Part shown: one piece after another, positions 12,607-25,123 of the stretch | Numbering within the stretch: the first letter of the stretch is position 1 | How the letters are laid out: every line of letters begins with the position of its first letter | From: Schizosaccharomyces osmophilus | Taxonomy: Eukaryota | DNA length: 64,000 nt | Direction: 5' to 3' | NCBI RefSeq assembly: GCF_027921745.1 | Contig: NC_079238.1 | Coordinates: 4,588,001 to 4,652,000, forward strand | Translations under genes and position numbers: made by a program | Notes under the pieces: generated by a model | The model's database searches: none | What the model was told of the DNA's origin: nothing | Seen by the model: only the letters and a program-made list of their open reading frames with translations

Positions 12607-13716
12607 TTAATTAAGGTAATCACGAACAAGCTCAAAACTCAGAATTGTCACAGAGCTTGCGGGAATAGTACGGAGAAAGTTGGTACCCATACCAGCGTAA
12701 TATTTACGCCAGCCCTCCAATCTCCATATATCTCGAATGAGTAAAGCCATGGAATTATGGGTTGGGGCGTCTAAGCTTTGCAGTCGTGTCCGCAAAACTT
12801 CATGGGGATACGTGATTGCAGAGGCAGTGATCTTCGATAGGGTAGCAGCAAAAATAATGTGAACGTTTCTTTGGGTTTCAAACGTATCATCAAAAGATTT
12901 TTTGAAGAACTCGTACAATGGGAATTGTATACCAACATGTAAGGTACCAAACAAAGAAGGCGTTAAGCCCCGATAAAAGGCTTTAATACCTTCATATTTG
13001 TATATCTTCCGAAATGCATCGAGTGTATTTTTATAAGTTGGATAGCAAGCCGGGCCGGTCGGTTGTCCAGAATGGACGGAATTGCAACCGTCATTAATAT
13101 TAATTCGTCGTTTTAACCAAAAGAGAGGAAGACGTTTTTTACAAGATTGGGCATCTGTCTGAAGATTACGGAATTGCAGATTTGTAGCAGCAGCTACGTT
13201 ATCTGCTAGAGGATTTGTTCTTGGATGCGACTGAGTTACGATTCTCGTTTTGACAACCCAAATTGGATTGGTAAAAGTTACACTTGCAGCGCCAGCAAAA
13301 ATGGCTGAAGCAGTCTGACGAAACCAGAAGTTATAGAGTTCAGGATCGGCATCTTCAATCATCGCTTCAGCGCCCTTTTTGGAATTCGGGTTTTGTTGAG
13401 AAGATCGTTTGTTTACACCCAAAAGTTCTTTTGATTTTTCATACACTGCAAAGTAGATTGACCAGCTGGGCAGGTATCCTAACATCATAGGCCCCACACC
13501 TCGATACAAGCCGGGAATTCCTTCATGAGTGAAAATCCTTTGGATCGAGCGCAGTGTCCCTTCCATTGCTCCTAAAGCTGATGCCCCATGTGCGGACATT
13601 CGAGCTTTTTGAGCTTGCTTTCGAGTCTTCACTACATCTAAAGGTGCGACAACAAGAGACGACGCAAACCCAGCAGCTCCTCCTGCTATAGCATCCTTCA
13701 AAGAATCATCCAGCAT
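12607..13716 (-). CDS. yea6: Mitochondrial carrier (SLC25), NAD+ transporter type
   Basis: Three carrier repeats PLDVVKTR, PIWVVKTR, PHEVLRTR; the W in the second signature marks the NAD/FAD/folate subfamily. Confidence 0.8.
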   Translation of the reverse strand: MLDDSLKDAIAGGAAGFASSLVVAPLDVVKTRKQAQKARMSAHGASALGAMEGTLRSIQRIFTHEGIPGLYRGVGPMMLGYLPSWSIYFAVYEKSKELLGVNKRSSQQNPNSKKGAEAMIEDADPELYNFWFRQTASAIFAGAASVTFTNPIWVVKTRIVTQSHPRTNPLADNVAAATNLQFRNLQTDAQSCKKRLPLFWLKRRININDGCNSVHSGQPTGPACYPTYKNTLDAFRKIYKYEGIKAFYRGLTPSLFGTLHVGIQFPLYEFFKKSFDDTFETQRNVHIIFAATLSKITASAITYPHEVLRTRLQSLDAPTHNSMALLIRDIWRLEGWRKYYAGMGTNFLRTIPASSVTILSFELVRDYLN

Positions 13717-14767
13717 AAAGACGAATCAAATCCTTAGCCACTCATATATGGAAAAAAGCCCACAATTTCAGTTCTCTTGTGGAAATCGCCTTTTCGATGA
13801 TTCTCTAGGTGAGATATACTTGATTCTTCCCAAACCGTATGTACCTACCAGGAAGCTGGTTTTTGTATTGAAGACATTGACTCTCAGACAACTTCGGTTT
13901 AGCGAGCCAATGAAATATATACTACTTTGTGATATCAACACTTACCGATCCCATTCGTACAGTATGTTAGTAAATAAACAATCCTTGATGTGTGTAGTTT
14001 GCTTTAGATTTTGGATCAGAGATGCAAGAGGCAAGCAATTAATATTTTAAGGACTTTTGAAAGCAACATCACAAACGGTTTTTCAAAGTGAGGTGCTTCT
14101 GGAACCCATACTGGCAAATCCCTTTAAATAGCGTTCAAATGAGTTTTCTATTCATTCTTTAATACATTGTATCGATCCTTACTTCCACGGAGACAATCAA
14201 ATCTATCTGATTGAGCAAGCAGCAATCAGAAAACCCAGCCAAGTCGAGTTTGGTCGATGTCAAGGATGTAAAGCGAAAGAAAGCAGGTGATTCCTTCTGG
14301 TGTAAAGCTGGTAAAAGGATTAAACGTACTGAAAGTAAAGCGTACAAAAGTTTTCTCAGCTATCCTCCGGTTCCTCATTTTGATGTTGCGCAACCAGATG
14401 AGTGTCAAGCTTGAACGGATTCTCGAAAAAAACTGATTTCCTCACACATTTGAATTCAATGTAGTCTTTTGAAAAATGCATAACTGAAAGGATCCTCTTC
14501 TTGCCTATATCACTCCTTCCTTCATCATTTGTATATTCAGTCCATCCATTTCCTAAGTGCGTACTTTGGTGAAAAGAAAAAAAAAAAAAAGAAAAAAGAG
14601 TTACTGAATCGCATGGTTTGGAAAAAAATAACTTGCTTTTCCATCTGTGAACATCTTTTCCTTGTTCTCTTCATTTTTCTGGACCTTTGATTTTTCTGCT
14701 TTGAAACGCGAACCTGATTAGGATACACTTCTCAATGTCACATTTCAATTAAGGAATCGATTCATAA

Positions 14768-15301
14768 ATGAACTTTCGGCAACATCTCCTCCAATTGATT
14801 CCTGCATTGGTGAGTCGAGGTATTTCTTGCGAGTTTATGGAATTCTTTGAACCTGTATTACGACTCAAATGGCAAGTGAAACCATACAATGATGAAACAA
14901 CATCATTCGTTGTTGAAGAGGAAAGTGAGATGATTTATGTGTCGCCTGATGTATCGGTCGAAGCTTGGATTCGCTTTTCGCCTTCCTTTCAGGTCCCCCA
15001 ATTTTTCTTTCAATTGTATTCCGAAGGTTGTTTCCCTTACACTAAGCTTGAAGGCGTAGCTGCTCTCCTCCGCCCAGAAAATCGAGACCTGGCTTTGGAA
15101 GCTTTGGCAATTGGCGATTGTCCTGGTTCAAATGGCATCGCCTGGTACGTTCATCCATGCTGTACTCAAAGTTTCTTCCAAACGTTAGAAATTTCCAAAC
15201 AAGATACTTCTTACTTGCCGATGTGGATCCTGTATATCCACCGATTGCTCTCCCCGATTACCGCTCCTATGGTAGAAGCTCTCGACGACAAGTCGCCTTG
15301 A
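14768..15301 (+). CDS. atg10: Atg10-like E2 (Atg12-conjugating) enzyme
   Basis: FSPSFQVPQFFF and catalytic WYVHPC motif. Confidence 0.8.
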   Translation: MNFRQHLLQLIPALVSRGISCEFMEFFEPVLRLKWQVKPYNDETTSFVVEEESEMIYVSPDVSVEAWIRFSPSFQVPQFFFQLYSEGCFPYTKLEGVAALLRPENRDLALEALAIGDCPGSNGIAWYVHPCCTQSFFQTLEISKQDTSYLPMWILYIHRLLSPITAPMVEALDDKSP

Positions 15302-15760
15302 CTGTATTCTTTTCGTCTTGTGAACGAAACTTATTTATTCCTTAAAATAATTTTTTCATTGGGTTACTTGGGTTGCTCGTCGTACATATAGGAATTGCTG
15401 CATACTGTTCTGCATATCCATTTACAAGAATATCCTCAATCACCATTTCTTCCAAAATAAATGATTTATTAATCAATGGTACTTATCGATGCCAAAAGTT
15501 TACAGTTTATGCCGCATGAAAAAGTAGCATTTCAACCTTCGAAATGACCCTATTTCTCCTGCTGTACAAGAAAGAAAGACAAATAAGATTAAATAAAAAG
15601 ATTCTATTCATTCTACCTACGTATGTTGTTTAAATTTTCTCTTATCGTGCTTGTTGAAATGAACAACTTTTTTCACTGATCATTCTATCCTCATCCAAAC
15701 GACCGTTTTCTCTGATTCACGGTTTGCGACAGAAAACTGACACAAGTTTAACAAAATATA

Positions 15761-16132
15761 ATGGAACAAATTCCCGTTTTAGCTCAAGATCAACATAATT
15801 TGAATGAGTTTTCTGTTTTGCATTCTAGAAGAGCTGTTCAAGAATTAGAGCTTAAAGACATCAGAACTCAAGTAGAAGACGTTGTTGATGCCAAAAATGA
15901 ATGTGAACTTTTAGATGAAGATGATGTGGATCAAATTCCTTTAATCAAGATTGGCGATGCCTTTTTTCAAGTCTCTTTGGATACACTGACTGAAGAGCTT
16001 GAAGAATCAGAATCCAAGTTGGAAAAGCAAAGTGAACAATTAGATTCTCATATGGAGATGGATCATTCACGTATTCAAGAGCTCAAAAATCTTCTCTACG
16101 CAAAGTTCCATGACCAAATTAATCTTGACTAG
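15761..16132 (+). CDS. gim3: Prefoldin subunit 4
   Basis: DQHNLNEFS, IKIGDAFF, LKNLLYAKFHDQINLD. Confidence 0.9.
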   Translation: MEQIPVLAQDQHNLNEFSVLHSRRAVQELELKDIRTQVEDVVDAKNECELLDEDDVDQIPLIKIGDAFFQVSLDTLTEELEESESKLEKQSEQLDSHMEMDHSRIQELKNLLYAKFHDQINLD

Positions 16133-16305
16133 ATTATGCTGGAGGAAGCTTTGCAAAATGAGTAAAGCCTTCTGTAATCTGCATGACACAAAAAAACTAT
16201 TTTTTAATCTATTTTACATTTTCTAAATCAATTTAAAAACCTTTCATTTTAACTTTGTTTCTCTTACCAACTTCGTTGACCGGCCCTTGTCCTTCAACTA
16301 CCAAA

Positions 16306-17055
16306 ATGAACGAGGATTACAACATTGAACCAGATGCCGAATTAGGACGAACTACATTTGAGGATGATAATCTTCTTAAGCAGAATACACCTATATCGAA
16401 ACCTATTAGCCCTAGATTCCATGCTCGTCGTGCTTCTATGCAAGAGGCAACTTGGACAATTAAAGACTCTTTTCACGTAACTACAAAAGATGTTGTACAA
16501 CGATGTATACATACCTTAATCCCTACAACGAATTTTTTCGACGTTATCGATGATAGGCCCGATTTATATGGTCCCTTTTGGATAACAACCACAGTTGTTC
16601 AAGCATTGTTCTTTTCCAATTCCATCACTGACTATGTGCGCCATCTCACTGGATCTATAGACAATCCTTATTCCATTGGTAAGTTGGTTTCTGCGGCTTC
16701 CATCATTTATGGTTATACTGCCATTGCTGCAGTCATACTTTGGGGGTTTTTGGTTTGGAATAAATGCAATCCAAAATTACTCGATTGCGTATGTATATAT
16801 GGTTATGCCAACATCAGCTGGCTGCCTGTTTCTTTGATGACTCCTCCGTTTAGTTTATTGTCTTCTTTGGTATCCCATATTATTAAATGGATATTAACAT
16901 CCGTTGGTCTGGGTATTTCACTTGTCTTTCTTGTTCGAAACCTCTATCCTGTTTGCCAACAGGCAGGAACATATTTGTGTAAGCTTTCCATGGGTGGAAT
17001 TATCATCCTTCATATTTTACTTGCAATTACTTTGCAACTGGTCTTTTTCAAGTAA
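16306..17055 (+). CDS. yip5: Yip1-domain protein (Yip5/YIPF1-like)
   Basis: PDLYGPFWITTT and CIYGYAN motifs; several TM helices; first ATG at 16306. Confidence 0.85.
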   Translation: MNEDYNIEPDAELGRTTFEDDNLLKQNTPISKPISPRFHARRASMQEATWTIKDSFHVTTKDVVQRCIHTLIPTTNFFDVIDDRPDLYGPFWITTTVVQALFFSNSITDYVRHLTGSIDNPYSIGKLVSAASIIYGYTAIAAVILWGFLVWNKCNPKLLDCVCIYGYANISWLPVSLMTPPFSLLSSLVSHIIKWILTSVGLGISLVFLVRNLYPVCQQAGTYLCKLSMGGIIILHILLAITLQLVFFK

Positions 17056-17826
17056 CTGGATGCATCCTTCTCTTCTCGTAATTTAAACTTCTACCTTAAT
17101 GTTAATGTTGATGAATAGTATAACACAGATCTTTTTAAACTATTTGTTGTATTGAATTTTATTCATCCATAAAAATTAGCTTTAAAGATGTAAACATAAT
17201 TCTCTGAGCACGATGCACCAACAACCTCCTTCAACAGTCATTCATAGGAGAGTTTGCATTACGAGTATAAAAAAATGATAGCTTAAATCATGCTCATTCA
17301 TTGAACACTCCCCTTCTGTCTTTCCCCTTCATGGGTACTTTTCCAATAGCTATTAGAACACCCAACTTCTCATTCTTATAATCCTATCAAGAACTTTAGA
17401 AATAGTAGTATCCTTTATATTAAACTTTGAGGATTATTCTTCATTGAACTAGTAATTTTCGTTTGATTTTGTAGTAATAAATGCAGTTGTCTGCACCTGT
17501 TATTCTCGGAATATTGATCTTATAGAAGGGAAAAAATTAAGGTAAGAGGCATAGGAAAGAGCAATATTTTTGAAAACAGGGGGAAGGGAGAGCAAAAGGG
17601 AATACACAAACGAAGATATAATCATTAGTCCTAAAAGTTTTTACTTCCCGTCATTAATCGTTGACCAAACACATGTAACAAAATACAAATCCGTTAAAAA
17701 TTAGTTATTAGACCAAAAAGCTAACAGAAGACTAACGTTAGCTTTCTATGTCCGTCTAATAGCAAAACGTGCTCATCGATATTGCAAATATCAAAAGAAA
17801 TAAGACAAGAGTTACACATTGACATC

Positions 17827-19386
17827 TTAGAGCTTGCTAAATACAAACAACTAAAACAATTGTTAGCAAAACCATTCTTTAAATATTAATAAAAAAGCGT
17901 ACATTATTTGTTGCGGCAATGGCAACGGAGTCTTCGAAAGGATGCCAGCTGGCATGCATAATCTTCTTATTGTAATCAAGTTGATCGGGATCAAGTCCAA
18001 TGGAACCGGAGCCCATGGGAGCAGGTGACCTGGGATCCCAATCGTTATTCTTCATAGAATTTAGTTTGACCGTAGAGCTTGCGGCTGATTTTCTAGCTCG
18101 AAAAGCAGCCTTGTCTGCTTGTAAAACAACTTGACCTTCGTCACCAAGTTTAGAGCTATCCGTAGGATAAATACCAAAATTGTTACTGTAACTTCCTGAC
18201 AAAGCATGCTTTCCATCTCCAGAGAAGGTGCATTCAAACTTGTCAAAGATACAGTCATTTTCATAAAGATCACAGAGCTTTGATCTCAACACATCATGAA
18301 GAGGTATTGTTTTCACTGGCATCTTTTCCATATTTATATCCCAAATCTTTAACGAAAGATAATCTCTAGACAAAATATAACGGCCGTTTTGAGAGAACTT
18401 GATGTCTGAAATGCTAGAAATGATTTCGGAAAAAAAGCTCTTCGAATCCTGATCCCCTTGATCTTCAAAAAGCTTCGTATGATTATCACAAAGAGCGGAT
18501 TGACGAAGGTCTAAAAGTTTGATATTACCTTTGCTACTACTGTACATTAAATGGTTACAATTGACTGGATGAAAATCAGCACTGGTGATGACTTCTGTTA
18601 GTTCCTCCATGTTGTCGGGCTTAATGTCCACAATATTGAAAGAATGATCTGATATGCCCAAGTTCCATAGATTGATGCGAAGGTCATCTGCTGAAATGTA
18701 GGTCTCAGCATCAGAATTCACGCTGATTGAGTTGATGTGGTAGGCATGGGCATTGGAATACACTCGACGAGGATATGCAGCAACAATCGTATCATGATGA
18801 CTGAGGCGAGGAAGCTTTAGCTGCATGGGTAGAGTAAAGGGCTTTAGCAAAGGCCGAGGGTGACGAAATTCGTCAGAAAGGTTGTTTTCTGCAACAACCT
18901 TTAGGTTTTTTTCATAAAGCTTCCATAACTTTATTGTCTTGTCATTTGTAGACAACAAGAAGTGTGCTCGATTGGTTCGACGACACCAACGAATTTTGTT
19001 AATTTTTTCCTCGATCTCCAGCGACTTTAAGTAGTCAAACTCTGGTTCGTGACTTTGAAATTCAGTGAAAAATTTGTATTCGCAGCCTTTTTTGGAATGG
19101 TTCCGTTCGAATAATACTACTCGTCCTCCCTTATCGCCAGTCGCAAGGTAGTCACCTGAATGATCAAATTCTACGGCTGAAATTATATCAGCTTCACAAA
19201 TGAGTTAGTCTATATTGAAACTCCTCTTTCTAATTGTGTGCTTATTGAATTCATACCCTCTGTAATGTCCTCAGCATCACCCTTGTCGCCAAAACATCTA
19301 ACCAAGTTAATAATCCATCATCTGTTTCCAGCTACTACATACTGGGCAAATCTCCATTGACCCGTTAAATCTTCTGATTCGTCCAT
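17827..19386 (-). CDS. pab1: PP2A regulatory subunit B55; introns 19298-19342, 19192-19256, 17851-17902
   Basis: [44 protein letters not shown]; spliced end ATNN/LFVFSKL*. Confidence 0.95.
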
Positions 19387-20119
19387 CGTCTTCACAGGTT
19401 GGCTTTTCCTACTTTTTCGTTCTAACTTGTATCTTCACCAATGTTCGTCGTTCTCGAAAATTATGACTTAAAAATTCGAAGGGTATCTATATACCGTCTT
19501 TTTTTTTAAAAATCAAACTGTTTATGAGAGAATCTTGACTTCCAATGGCGATTCTTCACCTTGGTTCGATATTCCTTGGTGGTACGTACAAAGGTAAAAA
19601 TCTCACTCCCCCTCACGGGAAGTCTGAAAGGACGAGTAGGTCTTGTAGTAGTTTTGGTCAATTATTTCTATTTAGTCTAATTCAGAATTTATCAACAAAT
19701 CGATTAAAGGGTCATTTATCCATAATTTGGGTGGTATGGGTGGTATCAGTTGCTGATGTTGTTTTTTTACTAGGAAGGTAAACAAAAGTCAGTTTCATAA
19801 AGGAAAGCTTTGAAACCAAGAATGTTAGATTTGAAACGAAATATATTTTGAGTTTCTTTTGTTTCTTTATTTTGAGTTTCTCTAGGGTTACAAACTTCTA
19901 CCAGGAACTCGTTGTTTTATATAATTGAAAAGGCCAGTTTAAACAGAATCGGATAAGAGTTCTTATTTAAGGATGGTTTTCATGTTTCTAACTTTTTACT
20001 CAAACGCTGATACGTAAACTCGAGGAATCAGTACTTCAAGCTTTTGAACAAATGAGCATCGAATTGTATCGACAGGACTAATATACACAAGAAAAAACTA
20101 AAGTTATTAAAATTTTTCA

Positions 20120-20722
20120 TCAAAAATCTTTTCGTCTTTGAGGAGGATGTGGTGGATCCACATGTCTTGGACTGAATCGTGTTAGCATTGTATTCATAAG
20201 ATTTCTCGACTTACTGAGGGTCAGGACAATTTGGACCTGAAGGACAAAATCCGGATAAATATCGCTCACATATATTCGTTTTTCGTACATGTTTTCCTCG
20301 ACAGACTGGGCCCAATGGGCAAAACCCCATGTTATACCAGGCACAAACACCAACCTGCTTACTGGGATCCAAATGAAGATACAAACATTCCTCGCCATTA
20401 GAACACCATCCTCTCTCCGCGAAAAAATGACAGGGCGGCATTTTCTTTAAATTATACTCATGCAAAAAGTCACATTGCTCTCCCTTCTTGCACAGACCAC
20501 GGAGCCTTTTTTTATTAATATTCATATCAAAATATAAAAATCAGTTTCTTACCAATGTTTGCAGACTACACTGCCCATCTTGGAGCCCGATTCGCGTCCA
20601 TGTAGGGAATGAAGCTTCCCTGCTTCGCCAAACTCAAAGTTTCGGGCCAAATAATCATCAAATCGAAATGCTACTGAGGAAAAATCAGCAGCAATTGCTT
20701 TTTCCTTGATGTAGTCTGTCAT
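20120..20722 (-). CDS. yth1: CPSF30/Yth1 CCCH zinc-finger cleavage and polyadenylation factor; introns 20506-20552, 20172-20214
   Basis: MTDYIKEK...VVCKHW/LRGLCKKGEQCDFLHEY plus further CCCH fingers; exons splice in frame. Confidence 0.93.
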
Positions 20723-21455
20723 TTTGGGCGACTGGAAAGAGTTGCTAACGAAAGGTCAGGTTTGTCATGTCTAACTTTGCTTACAGGTCCACCACCAGCA
20801 AATGGCATTTTGCAATAAAAATTTAAAGCTTTTTATAAAACGAATGACTCTAGTTTAGAACAGGATTCGCTTACTACCTGTATTTTTATCACTTCTCTTA
20901 CACTTTAGCTTGCTACGAGAGTTTCGATTTTCCTCAAGACGGAACTGTCTTCAAGAGATCATTAAATATGTCATTTTCCAACAAATCTTAAGGAATTTCC
21001 ATTTTACTACAATGATAAATAAAGTTTGTAAATTGCACTTTTTTCACTACTTCCTTATTGACCTTAGACTTGGACCAAGTCCTTTTAACGAGTATCTATG
21101 CGTACGCTTGAAACCTAGTTTTCCAAAAGAAAAGAGCCTTTTTATATATTCCTTTTTACGTGTTATTTCACTGAATCTTCTGTTTGCGAATCTTTTAACC
21201 TCAAAAAAGAACTAGGAATAGAAGAGAAACGAACGAGACTGACGTGCCGTTAGACGTCGATTCATTGATCTTAACTAATATTTTTATTGGTTATTTATAT
21301 ATTCTTTTCTCTTCCTTATTAATTGGAGCTTTCTGTTTCAAGAGTTTGGTACTTCGTCAAGATTAAGCACGGACAGAAGATCAACGCCCTTAGTTGTTTT
21401 CGTTATTGAAGCCCCTCTTCAGTCATCTGAAAAATCACGGCTCATTGATTGAACT

Positions 21456-22706
21456 ATGCCAATTCAGCTCGGATTGCAGCGGATGCGTCTGCTCTTAAAA
21501 CACTTGGGAAATCCTCAAGAGACTTTTTGCGCCATTCAAGTTGCTGGGACTAATGGAAAAGGAAGTATTTGTAGCTATATATATACAACCTTGTTACAAG
21601 CGGCCATAAAGACCGGTCGATATACCAGTCCACACTTTATTGAGCCCAGGGACACCATTCACATGAACGGTCAAGTTGCAAGTAAGGAAATGTTTGAAAC
21701 CTGCCGGAAACGGGTCATGGATATTGACAAACGCTTTGGTACGAATGCTACCGAATTTGAACTGTTGACAGCTACTGCGTTTGAATGCTTTTGCGAAGCG
21801 GGCGTACGCGTAACTGTGATTGAAACAGGTTTAGGTGGTAGATTAGATGCCACAAATGTATTTGATTCTCCTTTGGTATCTGTGATTTGTCGGATTGGAA
21901 AGGACCATGAAGCCTTTCTCGGAAATACACTAGAAGCCATCGCTCGTGAAAAGGGAGGGATTTTCCGCGAGAACGTCCCCTGTATAATAGACTCAACAAA
22001 TAATCCGAGTGTAATTCAAGAGCTTAAAAAAGTTGCTCAAGAAGTTCATGCTGGACCTGTTTACTTGGCATCAGCGAAGGAGACAAACCAGGCTCAAACT
22101 TGGAGTGTTACGAGCCCCTCTTGGGGAACGAATGATTATCAGACTTCTTTGAATGGCTCTTATCAAGGTGCAAATGTTGCTTGTGGTGTATATGCTTTGG
22201 ATGTACTAACCGCTTCCTTCCCGTTAATGATTCCTCATGCGCAGAACGGTTTAAAAAACACACTTTGGCCTGGAAGGTTGGATTTCCGAGATATTCCTGG
22301 GGTGGGAAAGGTTTTGTTTGATGGAGCTCATAATAAGGATGCTGCCATAGAACTGGCCAAGTTTGTGAACCTTCAACGCGAAAAGAATGTCAGCAAGTCG
22401 GTTTCATGGATGGTAGCTTTTACAAGTAGCAAAGATGCGGATTCCATTTTAGATGCCTTAGTTCGTCCAGGAGACACAGTCTACATTACTCAATTTTCTT
22501 CCGTACAAGGGATGCCTTGGATCCAATCTATGGATTCTAGAGTGATCCAAGATTATCTTTCTAAAAAACACATTCGAGCTCTACTCGTTGACGAAAAAAA
22601 TAGGAAAAACGCTTTACGTTCTGCAGTAAGTCAAAACCCATTGACTGTTGTTTGTGGAAGTCTATATTTACTCGGTGACATGTATAAAACTCTTCATTTA
22701 GAGTAA
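21456..22706 (+). CDS. fol3: Dihydrofolate synthase / folylpolyglutamate synthase family
   Basis: VAGTNGKGS, YTSPH, ETGLGGRLDATN, WPGR, DGAHN, GSLYLLG. Confidence 0.88.
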   Translation: MPIQLGLQRMRLLLKHLGNPQETFCAIQVAGTNGKGSICSYIYTTLLQAAIKTGRYTSPHFIEPRDTIHMNGQVASKEMFETCRKRVMDIDKRFGTNATEFELLTATAFECFCEAGVRVTVIETGLGGRLDATNVFDSPLVSVICRIGKDHEAFLGNTLEAIAREKGGIFRENVPCIIDSTNNPSVIQELKKVAQEVHAGPVYLASAKETNQAQTWSVTSPSWGTNDYQTSLNGSYQGANVACGVYALDVLTASFPLMIPHAQNGLKNTLWPGRLDFRDIPGVGKVLFDGAHNKDAAIELAKFVNLQREKNVSKSVSWMVAFTSSKDADSILDALVRPGDTVYITQFSSVQGMPWIQSMDSRVIQDYLSKKHIRALLVDEKNRKNALRSAVSQNPLTVVCGSLYLLGDMYKTLHLE

Positions 22707-23133
22707 TCAAGAATACGAAAATATAAAGAATATGTTGATTATGAATGATAATTACTTTTGGGGCTAATCCCTTTTTCTTTTCTATCAAGATTATTAATTT
22801 ACGAAAAAATACAAATTTGCTTCATTTCACGGGTAATTTCGTAACTTTCTCATTCAATGCAAATCACTCTGCTTGGATCATACTCACTTGAATTGTAATC
22901 CTAATGACTTTTACTTTTGTCCATCAACAACCCAAGTGCTCCTTTTTTTTAAAGCATTCGCATGCAACCACTTGTTTACTAACGTACTTGATTCTTTAGT
23001 CTGGTATTGGAAATAATGGTGTGGTACCATACACTCCTAATCATTTAACGAAGCCATGTAGTCGCGTTAAATGAATGTGAATGTGCGTGTACTGAAAGCA
23101 ACGAAGATTTGTAAAAATCCAACATTTACTAGA

Positions 23134-23626
23134 ATGACCGAGCAGATTAGTCGACAACAATGTATGTTGAAAGGGAAAGAAGTGGATCTAACAAATAGAT
23201 TTACAAAACCAGTATAACGTGTACAAATCACAATTGCAACAGATCGCACAAAAGATTGTCGATTTGGAAACAGACGCTGATGAACACAAGTATGAAGACG
23301 CGCATTCATAGGTGTGCAAAACTAACTTGTTTTGATTAGACTGGTAAATGAAACCTTGAAGCCTTTGAATAAAGATCGCCGTTGCTTTCGTATGATTCAT
23401 GGCGTTTTGGTTGAGCAGACTGTAGAAACCGTTATGCCTGCATTACATACGAACCAGGAAGGAGTAAGTAAATAGGGACATGTAGTTTGCTTAGGGTTTT
23501 TATTAAATACTAACATATGGAAAGATTCGGAAAGCAATGGATGCCCTGCTCGAACAATATAAGGAACTTGAAACGGAGTTTACAAAGTTTCAAAAAGACA
23601 ACAAAATTCAAGTTGTTCGACAATAA
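23134..23626 (+). CDS. gim4: Prefoldin subunit 2; introns 23162-23198, 23290-23339, 23464-23524
   Basis: Spliced product MTEQISRQQ...QIAQKIVDLETDADEHKLV...RRCFRMIHGVLVEQTV...FQKDNKIQVVRQ*. Not in the ORF track. Confidence 0.92.
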
Positions 23627-23777
23627 AAGAAAAAAGTCCTACCCGCTGCATGAGATCTCGTTTCGCGGTTTGTCGGTTTAGCTCAGAGTTTTGTACATAG
23701 AGGTGATAAAGTAAAGAGAAAAGACACGATTATGTGAGGTTTTTGTTACGAAGTACAAAAAGACTAGGAAAGTAAGC

Positions 23778-24896
23778 TTAAAGTTCTTCCTCAGCGTCGG
23801 GAGGACTGCTTGTAAATTGTACGGACCCACCCACATTGACTTTTGCATCACTATTCAATTTCGTAGAGCTACTAGTACTGGTTCCGGTAGGTAACTGGGA
23901 ATTGGTGCTAGTGGCACGACCATGATTATCTGATCCTGTGGAAATACGGTAGCAAACGATGTTTTCGATAGGACTGTCATCTATGGGTTGGAAAGCTTTA
24001 TGCTTGCACAAAGCAGGAACATGGATCGTCATGAAATAAGAGCAACTAGACACTTCTTGATACTGAGTAAACTTTGGAGCTGAGTCGTCGCCATCACATT
24101 CGTATTTTAAAACAACAGTGCGTGGTTTATTTGTAACATCACAGATCGTGCCGTTGTAATAAGTACTTTGTAAATAGGCTTTTCCATCGTCAAACTTGAC
24201 CAGTAATTGCTCTTCCTGAGGCTTTTCGTTTCCTTCTTGGGAACGAGCCTTTCCCAAATAATATATGGGTTCTATAACGGGTGTTTTGAAGTCGGGGGAA
24301 ACATCCAAATGATACTGAATTGCAAACTGATTGTGAACATAGTCATATGTCCAGTATCCGCGTTTCTAATTGTTTGGTGTAAGCATAGAAGGTCAAGCAA
24401 GGTATCACCCAAACACAATGAGAAGCGATTCTCAAGTGTTGAAATGACACAATTGAAAAAAAGACAAGAAGAGTCCACTTTCTAGCAGGAATACTTACCT
24501 CCCTTATAATAACTTCGCTGAGGGAGTCTAACGCTTGGGATATTTGGTTCTTTATTTCATTCATGTCATGCATAGGCTGTTCTAGCGGTGACTTTGACTC
24601 TATAGTTGTGATATTGGGATAAACACAGAAATAATCATCGTCTCCCGTGCGAAGGCGCGTCCAGAGTTTGTCATTCAACAACCGACTCTTCAATTCTTCC
24701 ATTCTGGTTACATTAAGAGCTTCAGGACTCCATTCAAAGGAAAATTTTGGATAAGAAAACGCCTATTGAGAGCACTTAGTTAGAAAACAATGTCGTAAAT
24801 TTGTTTACAGCTACTTACATCTTTCCAATTGAAAATCGAAGCATATACCAAGGAAACAAAACATAAAAGAAACGTGTAAAAGGCCAGTTTTCTCAT
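23778..24896 (-). CDS. yos9: ER lectin Yos9/OS-9; introns 24763-24818, 24366-24498
   Basis: Signal peptide, MRH-type GYWTYDY...QYH, NGTICDVTNKPRT, QEVSSCSY; ER-retention-like EEEL C-terminus. Confidence 0.88.
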
Positions 24897-25123
24897 TCTT
24901 TCGACCCTCGCTTTCCTGCTGAATTGTCTACGAACTTGCTACATTGATACAGCATATCATAAGAAACGCAGGAGATATAGGGATCTACGTTCAAGCGTTA
25001 TAGTTGATTTTTCATAGTGGAAAGCACTTCTTTGTTAAGCTTTATAAAAACATAAGCTACCGAACTCCACCGCATAAATATACATACTTTGTTCGAAGAA
25101 ATAACAGAAAGAAGCAAAGTAGC

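Noticed and set aside
13748..14728. Small ORFs between yea6 and atg10
   Set aside because: Short, several without an ATG start, and no motifs; probably UTR or promoter sequence.
24366..24498. 133-nt yos9 intron as a snoRNA host
   Set aside because: Only a small TGAGAA/TTCTCA hairpin; no C/D box pair or rRNA antisense element found.
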